Source of the DNA: Podarcis tiliguerta
Lineage: Eukaryota
Assembly: GCA_965153285.1 (NCBI GenBank)
Contig: OZ229117.1
Length of the DNA: 64,000 bases
Direction: 5' to 3' (one strand)
A program made the translations under genes and the position numbers. The notes beneath the pieces were generated by a model, which was not told where the DNA came from, did no database searches, and worked only from the letters and a program-made list of their open reading frames with translations. Positions 1-12,000 of the stretch are shown one piece after another. Numbering within the stretch: the first letter of the stretch is position 1; every line of letters starts with the position of its first letter.

Positions 1-666
1 TAGCCCAAAGGATTAGCAACATTATCCAGAGGTCCTCTACTGTGGATGTTGCCTAAGGCCAAGACTGGAAGCTATTCCCTGACTTAAGCTAAATTCCAGC
101 TGGCAGAGCCTGGAACAATTTCTGGAAATGAGCAGAGGTGACAAGCAGCACCTACTCTCCAACCTGCAAGAGCAGGATTCTATGCTTCTATTATAATAGT
201 CTTTGCTCAGCAAGGCAATACTATTAGGGGCCATCTACTCCTGCTTTTAAGCTACCTGTTCCTTTCCAAATTCATGGGAGGCTTGTTCTCAAAGAGGTCC
301 TTAAATATCAGTTACGATGAAACAAGGAGTCTCCCACACACTATTCCACATAGCATGAAAAGGACCAAGGGGAGGAACTTTACATATCAACTTAACTCTG
401 GACAGGATGATTCCATATGATATACGAACGATTTTTGTGTAAGATGCTAAGCTGGATGCCCATAATGCTTTGCTCTATAAGCTGCTCTTGGAGCAAATCT
501 ATTCTCTGCAAATTGCAAATGCCACAAAAGGTGACAACCACAAGGTGATTTTAAACTACTGGGGGATTCAATCAAGATCGCCATAGTTCAAACTGTATTA
601 CCAGGAGCTCATGAGAACTTGCCAACATATATAGTGTGAAGGAGGACTGAATTTGAAAGCTCCTAC

Positions 667-768
667 CTCTTCTGAGCAGTGCATCTGCAACTGAGGATCT
701 AACCGATAATCAAGAGCGGATTCCTCGATAATCACTCGAATCTGATCTTCACAGTCAGGAGAGAGACG
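667..768 (-). CDS. GLG1: GLG1 exon 22
   Basis: RLSPDCEDQIRVIIEESALDYRLDPQLQMHCSEE; 102 nt. Confidence 0.96.
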
Positions 769-3700
769 CTGTTTAAGGGTGAGAACAAGAACAGTCATGC
801 CACAGAATCATTAATGCACATTCAGCACAAATCTTAACTACTAACCATTAACCACTAATCTTAACTAACTTGAGCAATCATGTATTTTTGGTGCACTTTT
901 TAGCACTAAAAATCTCTTAAAGTCAATCTTTGACAGCAAAAGGCAGCTTTGTATATGGCTTTTTTCTATAGGGAGAATTCTTCATATGGGAAAACATCAG
1001 ATGAGGCAGCACTTAGACAAAACCTGCAATTCAGTTCAAGATGCAAGAATACAGCAAGCCAAAGCAATCTGATCAAAGAGGGTAATTATGTGTTACATTC
1101 ACCACACCAGAAGCAGCTCCATGCAAGTGAGCCTCTGACAGCTGGGAATTCTGAATGCTTCCAGGGAGATAAGGCAGAGATAAGTCCTCCTTCATTGTTT
1201 ACCTATGCTCATATTCTGTCTCCTAATATCCCTCAATATATTCATGAGGGGAAAGAGCAGGGCCATTTAGCTGCTAAAGAGATAAGATAAGCAGAGGAAG
1301 GCTACCAGCAGCTCAATGATCACCTCTACTTTCTGTCTGCAGGTCCAAGAAGAAGCCTTCTCAACTCTCAGTGGCTGCTTTACACATCACTCCTTTTAAC
1401 ATAATGATTGCACCACTTAGGCTGATCAGTGACACCAGATGGATTACCAAAAATTCACTGTTCCAAAAAAATAAGCTAATAACATAATGAATTGTGCGAT
1501 TTCAATATAGTTACAACTTTTTCCAAATATAAGTGGTTAATTTTTAGGACTTGATAAAATTAATGTTAAACACTCTATTATTTACAAACATTAACCGTGT
1601 ATGGAACTGCGTGTTTTCAATTGTCCCATCTTAAAATGTCTTATTAAGTGGGTTTTATTGATTTTTCTCTCATAATCAACATTCATTTCAAATGCTTGGT
1701 TGCTGGAAAAATTTAGTTATTCAGCATGTAAAATTTACACAGCACACATTTGAAGTTAAATAAACGTAACTTTTAAGTTTAGGTTGACTAAATCAGATCA
1801 CTGTTACAAATTCCCAGAGAACCTGTATAACTGAGCCTAAGCGTCTGAGACCTGCCTGTATTTTAAACATGCTTGTTGACTGGCACACGCCACATAGCAG
1901 AACAAGTCACTTTGGGGGCCTTCTGGCGCTAGGTCCTTGTGAAACACATGCCCCATAAGTCACCTGGTCTGCGTATTTCAGCTTCAAGCAGGATATGACC
2001 TGCCCTTCAAGCTCGGAATCATCCTTGGCCTTGGTCAGAATGCTCTGGCAGAACTTGGGGATGTCAGCTTTGCAGGCCTTCCTGAGCACTGGATTCAGGC
2101 GGTAATCTACGAAGGAAGAAAGGAGCAAAATTAGTGATGAAGACCGGCTGCTGGAATGAGGCGCCAGCTGCAGAACTGAGCCACTTTTACTAAGCAGCCT
2201 AGCACTGGAGTTCTTTCTGTCTGAGTTGCCCGTAATGTAGCCAAATTGCAAGGCCTTGGCTCTCAGGAAACCAGCTACATACACACAAGGCTCGACAGAT
2301 GCCCACAATCCTGTGGGAGCATAGAAAAAAGGAACAAGCTGTGGAATTCAGCTTACCCAGTTCCCAGCTCTCATGGTCATGGTTGACCATTAATATGGAG
2401 ATTGCTCCTGCTTCTCTCTTCCCCTAGTGCAAGCAACAAACCCTGGCTTAGCATCATATCCACATCAGCAATGTTGTTTGTTCTGCTCAAAGGATGCAGA
2501 AGTACAAGGAAGCCAAGAACAAGCTTTAGCTTTACAATGTGGTTTGTTAGGGTCACAACAAACTACTATATCTGATTCATACGTAACATTTAGGTATGGA
2601 TTGTGGTTTGTAGGTCCTGCTTGTGATAGGGAGGGCATGCCAATGCTAAATCATTGCCAAGTGTCATGGATGAGGTGATATGAAAGTCTTCTGTGGTGGC
2701 TATCAACTGATGATGCACACAGGGTTAGGGATATCAAAATTTAAAAACAATTATCCAAACCACACTGCTTTCCAACTTTGTTATGTTCTGCCCAGTACTG
2801 CATATAAATAGAGCTGAATGGTGAAGGCATGGGGTTGTGCAAGGAGAGGACAAATTATTTTAACACTCAAGAAAAGTTTGCCTTGGAGGGGACCAGAATA
2901 GATAAAACATTTATGCCACACAAACAAAGCAAACAAGACAGTCTAGTCTAGGAAGGCTGAACTTGGGACGCTGCCAGAGCCCTCCCACAGCCTTCCCAAA
3001 GCAGAATAAGCATGTGATCACAGCTATGCACACATGTGGGGAGGAAATAAATAAATGGAGAGTGGGTTTCCTTGGCTCTCCATTTATTTATTTACCAGCC
3101 ACCCACAAAGCTACAATCGTGTAAGTAAAATAAGCATAAGATGTGAGTTACCTGTATAAATACTATAAAATATCCTAGCACCAGCCCTTTCCTTAAAAAA
3201 GGTCAGTTCCTAAAAGCCTGTTGAAATACAAAAGTATTCACCTGCCAGCAGAAGGGCAACCAGGAAGGAGCCAGTCTAACGACTCTAGGAAGAGAGTTCC
3301 AATGTCTGGGAGCAGTTACCAAGAAGGTCCTATCTTGTGTGCCCAGCAAACATGCCGTGAGGGTGGTGTGACTGAGTGAAGGGCCTCCCCCAAAGATCTC
3401 AAACAGGTTTCCTTCCCGGAAGACAGATGAAAGATAACATAAGGAATGTAATTAATGTAATAGAATATCTGTCAAGCGGGAAGGACAAACAAGCAATGTT
3501 AATATTTGTGGATGCAGAGAAGGCCTTTGATAATATTTCTTGGGAATTTATGCTAAAGAATTTAGAATATATGGATACAGGTCAAGCTTTTCTGAATGGT
3601 ATAAAGGCAATATATTCAGATCAAAGAGCGAAGCTGATTGTGAATAATGTTATCACTGAAAATATTGCCATAACTAAAGGTACAAGACAAGGGTGTCCTT

Positions 3701-6700
3701 TGTCTCCGTTATTGTTCATCTCGGTCCTGGAAGTGTTTTTGAGATCAATAAGAGACAATGGAAATGTAAAAGGTGTAACAATAGGATGTAATGAATACAA
3801 GGTAAAAGCCTTTGCTGATGATTTGGTTTTAACTATTGAGGATCCTGAGCAAAGTATAAAAGAGGTGTTGGAAGAGATAGAACAGTTTGGTAAGGTGTCT
3901 GGTTTCAAATTAAATAGGAAAAAGACCAAAATAATGGCTAAAAACATCGACCAAGAAATAACTGAAAGAATACAGCAACAAACTGAGATGAATGTGGTTA
4001 AAAAAGTAAAATATCTAGGGATCATGTTAACACCCAGGAATATTGACCTGTATCAGAATAATTACGTACCAGAATGGAATAAAATCAAAAGGGACCTGGA
4101 GGTGTGGGGAAGAATGAAATTATCATTCTGGGGAAGAATTGCAACGATAAAGATGAGCGTGCTACCGAAACTGTTGTTTTTGTTTCAGACAATTCCAATA
4201 ATCAGGGGTGTGACAATATTTAAGGAATGGCAAAGAACAATATCAAGATATATATGGCAGGGCAAGCGGCCAAGAATAAAATTTAAGATACTGACAGATG
4301 TGAAAGAAAGAGGAGGCTTTGCCCTGCCAGACTTAAAGCTGTACTATGAAGCTTCGTGTCTTTGCTGGATAAAGGAATGGATAAAATTAGAAAACACACA
4401 ATTGTTGGATCTAGAAGGGTATGACAATAGATTCGGGTGGCACGCATATTTATGGTGTGAAAAGAATAGAGTGCATAGAGGTTTTGAAAACCACATCTTT
4501 AGAGGACCGCTGATTGAGGTTTGGAATAGGTATAAAAACCTTTTAGAATTCAAAACACCATACTGGTTATCACCATTGGAAATTATGAGTGTAAGAAAGG
4601 TCAATATGTCAGGGAATTGGATTACATATGAGAATTTGATGGTGAAAGAAGGTAATAAATGGAAACTAAAACCATATGAAGAAGTTAAGGAAAATGTATA
4701 TGATTGGCTGCATTACCACCAGATAAATGCGATGTTTAAAAAGACAGTGTGGGAAAGAGGTTTCCAAGAAAAGCAATCGAGGTTTCAGCAGGAAATTTTG
4801 AATACTGATGTTAAAGTTCTGTCAAAAATGTATAAATTATTGCTTGAGTGGCATACGAAAGATGAGGAAGTGAAATCGGTTATGATCCAGTGGGCCAAAG
4901 ATTTCGGATATAATATTCAGTTTGATCAATGGAAAAAATTGTGGGAGGAGGGAATGAAATTCACTGCATGTACTACAATAAAAGAAAACGTAATGAAAAT
5001 GATGTATAGATGGTACGTAACACCAGTGAAACTTGGTAAGATGTATAAAATCTGTAACAAATGTTGGAAATGCAAAGAAAAAGAGGGAACATTTTACCAC
5101 ATGTGGTGGGAATGTAAAAAAGTGAAATGCTTTTGGGAAATGATTTATAATGAGATGAAGAAAATGTTGAAATATACATTTATCAAGAAACCAGAAGCAT
5201 TTCTACTTGGGATAGTAGGGAATGAAATTAGTAAGAAAGATGTGAAACTGTTTAGATACGCAGTGACAGCAGCAAGAATTTTGATGGCCCAGAAATGGAA
5301 GCAGGAAGAAATGCCGACCAAGGAAGAATGGAGAATGAAATTGATGGAGTATGCAGAGATGGACAAATTGACTGGAAAAATAAGGAACCAACGTGATCAG
5401 AGATTTTCCGAGGACTGGAGTAAATTTACAGAATATATCAAAACTGAATGTGAGGAGCAACTAACGCTTGTTGGCTTTCAGGAGGCTTTGTGAAAAAGAC
5501 TGATAGAAATATTGTTTAAAAAGAAAGGTTAAGATTAAGAGATATAATGTGCAATATAAATGTAAGAAATGTGAGACGTAGTGAGAGTATGGAGAATTCT
5601 CAGATAGGCTGATGGAAGTCAAAAAAGATGTTTATGTCAAAACAAATGTTAAATCTGGAAAAAATGTTTATTGGAAAGTGAATAAAAATTATTTACTAAA
5701 AAAAAAAAAAAACCAAGATCTCAGGGCCCAGGTAGGTTCGTATGAAGGAATATGGTCTTTCAGATAGCCAGGATCTAAGCTGTATAGGGCTTTCTAAGGT
5801 CATAACCAGAACTTTGAATTGTTCCTGGAAACAGACCAGTAGCCATTGGAAATGCTTTAAAAAGGAAATCATTTGCTCCCTATATCTAACCCTGGCCAAC
5901 AGTCTGGCTGCAGCTCTTTGGGCTAGCTGAAATTTCTGAGCACATTTTAAAGGCAGCTCCATGTAGAGCACATTACAGTAGTCCAGATGGGATATATCAG
6001 ACATTTCAGGTAATAAAGATTACAGCCCTTAAGTGCAGACCCCAGGCCCAATTCCAAGAAAAGCCCCACCATTACCTGTGTTCTGTGTAATCTGGCGCTT
6101 GGTAATCATTTGCTTGCATTTGGGATCCATCATTTCACTGTTCTTGTTCTGTTTCAAACACTGCAGCATGTTCTTTGCATCTGCTTCTGGACAGAATCTC
6201 TGACAGAGGGAGAGAAAGCATCAACGAGTCAGCAAAGTGGAGAGCAACAGCACTTCCCATCTTAAGCCAGGACTCTTGTTGCCTGAATGCAAAGTGCTGA
6301 AGAGGCACAAGTCAGACATCACTGCACTTCCAGTCTAACCCAGAAGTTGCTTGGCATGGAATGAATTCTTAAAAGGTGTTGTGTTAATACCCATGCCCAT
6401 TAATGTCAGGAGAGGTGGTGGGAATGGCACTTCTGAATCAATGTACTTTTGCAGAGAAAGTTTAGAAACACATTGAACCAAGAACAGGACAGGAAGATGG
6501 GAAAAGGGGGGCTTCGCTCAGCTATAATTCCACATGATCCTCTTGCTGGTCTGAGTAGTTTGAAGAGAAATCAAAGAGCCGCTGCACTTCCAAGAGCTTT
6601 TTTGCTGTATCCCCCTTAGTATCAGGCCTTTAGGGCATGTACCTGCCTAAAGTTCTGAGAAAGCCTGAAGTTCTACAGAAGTTACAGCAGAGGAGAAAAA

Positions 6701-9015
6701 AAAAAGCTTGCCCCTCAACCAGGGTTTGACACTTTGCCATTTCAGTTTTACTTCTCTGATCTTTCACCAGATATGCTTGAATATCTGGTAGAAGATTAGA
6801 ATATGGTTGAATATCAACTGCATATTCACAGCTAGATATTTAAAAATATATACTTGAGGGCAGGAGATGTTTTAAGATTAGAACCGTTTGAATCTTTCCA
6901 GAATGAAGAGTCAAGCTTGTACACTAAAAATGGTCAGATTTGGTTTGCACCATAGAATATTGTGAATATTGACAAATCATCCCATGCTATGCAGAAATGG
7001 CCTCTGGGTGTGTGTACAAGATGGGCCAATTCCCAATGCAAGATTTTGCCGTTGCAGACAAATAAATATGGAAATCTACAAAACTGAGAAGTCTTCATGA
7101 GCAGCAGCAGGCAGAAACCCAGTTTAAACGTCCAAAAATCTTCCTACAAAAATCCATGTGGATTCCTATTTCAAGGCAATGCCAGCTACATGTACTCTTG
7201 CATGGAGAGAAAATGTTACTGAAAGCAACATGATGTGGCCTGATTCTAAGCCTCCCCTCATCAACCAGCCATCCTTACCTTGATCATTTGCTTGCAAACA
7301 CGCATGAGAGTATAATCCAGTTCTGGATCCATCATCTCCGTCTCCTGAAGTTTGAAGACTTTCTGATGGCAGCGAGTGCTGAGTTGCTTCTTGTTTTCCT
7401 TAAGACACTCAATAATCTGCAGTTAAATAAATAGAACATCTCAAGGGTAACTGGACACTAGATGGCAGCATTGCTAATCTGGGAGTAAGTAAATGACTCA
7501 ATGGCTTTAAAATAACAAAGCAAAGGCTATGGAACAAAATAGCCAAACCCCTGCATTATTTTAAGCAGCACCTCATCTAAAACAGGAGCAATAGTGGCAC
7601 TGAGGAGGTCTCGCCCACAGCACATTTTGGGTGAAGTATTCTAAGGAGGATGCTAAATTGAGGAGGGTTTAGAAGTACCAAAAGAAATTATATTAAAAGC
7701 CAACTCATAAGATGGAAGTCACTGTGTTCACTTAGCCTAGGGGGGGGGGGGGAAGGTTTAGTGGCTGAAAGTTCAACTCAGCGAGTAAAAGCTCTTTCTT
7801 CAACAGTCAACCTGGTAGTTTCAATGTAAACCAGGCTCCTTTGGAAGGGTGGGATATTTTGTAGCCACTGACTAAGGAAGAGCTAGAGGAAAATTGAGCC
7901 CATGGAGAAGTGCTCTGTCGTGCTGGAGAAACACTTGCCAGTGGTGCTTAGGAAGTTGATCAGCCCATCCTGTGGACTTGGCTGTGAGTCAGAGTACAAG
8001 CAAAAGGTCTGTAAATCAAAGCAGACTGAAATGGGCTTTGATGCAGAATGTACTCCAGTCAAAGCCTCTCTGGCTAGGCAGAAACATCGAGAGAGCGCAC
8101 ACTGAAAAGGCGGATCACCTGAGCATTGCCATAGGGGACGTTCTGGCAGTAGTCCCTAATGTCCGATTTGCAGGCCTCATGAAGGTCTGGTTCCAGGCGG
8201 ATATCCTCAGTCTGCAAGATGAATCACATTGAAAAAGGATTCAGACTCAAAGGGGAGGTGGAAAGCTTGAACATCCAAAGCAAACAAATCCAATTAAAAA
8301 AAGTAAAAAGCCCATGAGAGAACCAAGTGTTTATCTTCTAACTAGGAAGCTTTCTGCAGGCAACCATCAGCACTCTTGAGGTTATATATTTATTTAATAG
8401 GATCTCTTTACTCATTCTTCTTCACCCTCATGCTGCACAGTGGATTACAACAATAACATAAATTTATAAAGCTGTTATAATTATAAAGCAAGCAAAACCT
8501 TTCCAAGTTGAACAGAATGCTTTAAATTCAGCAAAAGAGACCCCACGAAACAAATACTTTAACGGTCAAAAACCAGGATGAAAGAGATGTGTCTACAGCT
8601 ATGCGATGAAGATGCTAGAGATACTTCTGTAGGGAGGGACTTCTGCAATGTAGAGGCTGTCACAGAGAAAACCCTCTCCCAGGCTGCCATTCCTTCAACT
8701 TCTGAGGGTGGCAGAACTACCCTCTACTGGTCTTAACACCCCTGAACAGCTTTTCTCAACCTTGGGTCCCTAGATTTTGTTGGACTACAACTCCCACCAC
8801 TCCTAGCCAGCATGACCAGTGGTCAGGGATGATGAGAATTGTAGTTCAAGAACAACTGAAGATCCAGGGTTGAGAAAGCTGCCCTAGAAGGTCGATTGGG
8901 AAGAGGCAGTCTTTCAGCTATTTGAGGCCAAAGCTATGAATCAAAATATAACACACTTGTGCAATGCAGTCTTCAGTTTGGCTGCCCAGGAGAGCTCTGG
9001 AAAAAATCCCTTAAA

Positions 9016-9080
<65 letters not shown>

Positions 9081-12000
9081 GCTTGCAGTTCTATTGGTCC
9101 AAGGGAGCTGGTTGAACAAGACTCTTAAACCCCAACAGCTGGGGCTGGCTTTGGCTCAGCAAAAACTGCCTTCTTGTGGCAAGGTGCCAGGAAAAGCCAA
9201 CGTTTGCAAAGAAGCCTGCTATAAGCCCGATTTAGAATATAAGAAATGGTAATTAGAGAGAAGGAAACTAGCACTGAGGGGCAGCCAAATATTTTCAGGG
9301 TAGCGCAAGCTGATGCAACCCTCCACAGAAGGCTTTGCAAAGCCTCAGAGTAACAAGAGGGCAACTTTTACCATTTCCAGCTCCTCAACACGTAGCTGCT
9401 TGCGGCACTTCATGGAGACCTGGTGCTCCTTTGCATCTCTCAGCGTGTCGTTGCGTACAATGGTGCTCAGGCAGATCACCACATCCACCCTGAAGAGGAC
9501 AGAAGTGTTAGAACACCAGGCTATCTTGGTGTAAAACTCTTGGGTATCACCCACTTTCTGATTAAGAGACAAATGTTTCTCTAGCATTCAAAAGCCATGA
9601 GGCCAAATTTCTGACACACACACATACTTTTTCTTGATGTTGGGGCACAGCTTCAGGACATCCTCTTTGCAGGCCATTTTAAATTTGTAGGAGAATCTGA
9701 AATCTTTCATCTGAACCTAAAGAAAGAAAAGCAAACAGGCTCCTCTCAAGGTCAGGCACAGGAAGTCTTTCAAAGAATATCTGCTACTGCAGCCCCAGTC
9801 AATGGCATCTCTCTGCCCTGCTTCTTGCCTTGCCACCTTTGAGCTTCAGTTCAAGTTATCCCTTCTAGTGAGGCTAAGGTTGAATGCAATGCCCATCCAA
9901 ATCACTATGGGTTCAACCACATGCACTGCCTGCCTCCAACTGCAGAAGGAGAATGGCAGATTTGGAAGTAACGTGGTTAAAGGCACAAAGTAGTGAACAT
10001 CCAGAAGCTTATTTGTGGCAAATAAGCCAAGGCAGCACTGAAAAGGGGACTATGCCATAACAGTTCAAATTCCAGCAGACAGGAAAATGCCTTTGGCCTT
10101 CCTGTGCGAAAAGGGATAATGGTTCGCAGGTTCCCAGACTCAGTCAAACTAGGGGATGCTGGAGAAACAGCCACACTCACCAGCTGGAAGTGTGTGACTC
10201 CAATTGCACACTTTTCATTCATCTCCTTCTGGTGTTTGTTCTGAATGAGGCACTCCATGAGGTCTCCTGAGTCAATCTGGTTGTCTGCCACTTCCTGAAT
10301 GGGATATGGGGGGGGGGGGGATGGGACAGACAGACAGACTAATGACAACCTGTCAGGAACTAACTCCCTTCCTGGAAGTCTCTGTACCTCAGTTGAGGAA
10401 GCAACGGGACCCATGATTTAAAGCTGGAGAAGGTAATTGCACCTCTCTGGCTTACATTTGAAACATGATTGTTAAAATGACTTGTCAGGGCTGGTTAGCC
10501 CCAGAGCTCTCAAGTTGCTTTGCAGCTGCACATGCCCCCACTGGACCCAAAAATGCAACACAATCTATTAAATGCCATAAACACATTTTGCAATTTAACT
10601 AGGGCTGGTATGCCAGAGATATACAAAGACTATGCAACAATAGCTGAATTCTACATACTCGCTCCTACTCTGTATAATTTATTCTCGTTTTGTCCACGAT
10701 GAGCATCAATAAACTAACAATGAAAAGTCCTGCACATGACTACTGGAAATTGTTTCAGCCACCCTTTATATTCAGATATTTCAGCAGGCACCAGCTAAAG
10801 AGTTTCAAGCGAAACCAGATATTTGCTTTTAGAAAATGGAAGAAGAAAAAGGCCAGAAAACTGAATTACCACTGTCCCATTCTGTGCACCCATGGAATCA
10901 CAGCACACATGCAGTCTTGCACCTGCTTGCTATGACTTTTGGGTATCCAAACTAGCACTGTAATTAAGGCTAAGTTCTGAGCAGGAAACTGGGGATGCAA
11001 GAAGGCTGGTTGTGCCCTTGAGAATTATGGACATTCCAGCAAGGTATGCTTAACATGAAGGGGAAACTACAAGGCATGCACATGGCTATGGTCTTCCTCC
11101 CCTCAAATGATACTAATGGAGGAACTCTACACTCAATCCTTATCCAAATTAGAACAAGTATGAGTAAGAGTTACTTACATGGCAGAAGGTCTGGATAATT
11201 GGCTCACATGCTCGCATCATCAAGGCTTCTATCTGAATATCCTACAAGAGGGAGAGAGTAAGCAGTAAGTCCACCCAAGGCCACACCCAGTTTTTCTGAC
11301 AGTTCACACTGTTGCTCATGTTATGTTTCTACATCAGAGTGGGAAAGTCTCCTGGGATGTGAGCATCCCTAGAGACAAGCTAGGAAGACTTCTGTTGACA
11401 AGAACAGCTACTGTAAGAAGTCATTGGGAGCAGGAACAGGTTGAAAAAAATATCGCTTAAAGCAGCTTTTCCAGCTGTGCTGGCTGAGGGTGATGAGAGG
11501 TGAAGCCCAAAGCATCTGGAGGGGGCCAGGGTGGGGAAGGCTGCCTTAAAGTTTGCTGCCCCAAATAAAAGCTAACTAGAGTTGACCAAAACACAGTCAT
11601 TTTAAGGAAATGATACCTGCCATAGAAAGGCACAACTTTTACATATACAGCCAAAAGAAAGAAAGACTCATTTACATGAATACTCCTTCTTTCTAATGAT
11701 ATCAGGCTTGAGTTACTTTATCTGGACAACCAATTAAGATCTGATACTTTACCTTCTTTCTTAGATGACTCAAATACATGAAAATGGCACCCTTTTGAAG
11801 ATACTTGGGAGGGCAACCCACAAATCAGCAAGCCATTCACATGGTGCAAGTCTAACAACTAAATACTGGAGCTTTCCCTTCCAGACAAAGCTTACTTACT
11901 TCTGACTCCAGCTCTGTAAGGTTTCCAACAATGTCTCTGCATTCAGCCGCCAAGTCATCCAGATGGTCCTGGAGACATTCAAGTTCCTAAAGGGGACACA

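Noticed and set aside
3376-5493. 705-aa ORF as a host or domesticated gene
   Set aside because: The GTG start and first ~8 codons come from the flanking L2 and TSD. The rest is a 5'-truncated L1 ORF2 with its own tail and TSD and no evident promoter.
10307-10320. G-run as a G-quadruplex element (also 7740-7752, 52250-52261)
   Set aside because: Simple homopolymers; the first is just the polypyrimidine tract of the exon 15 acceptor on the minus strand.
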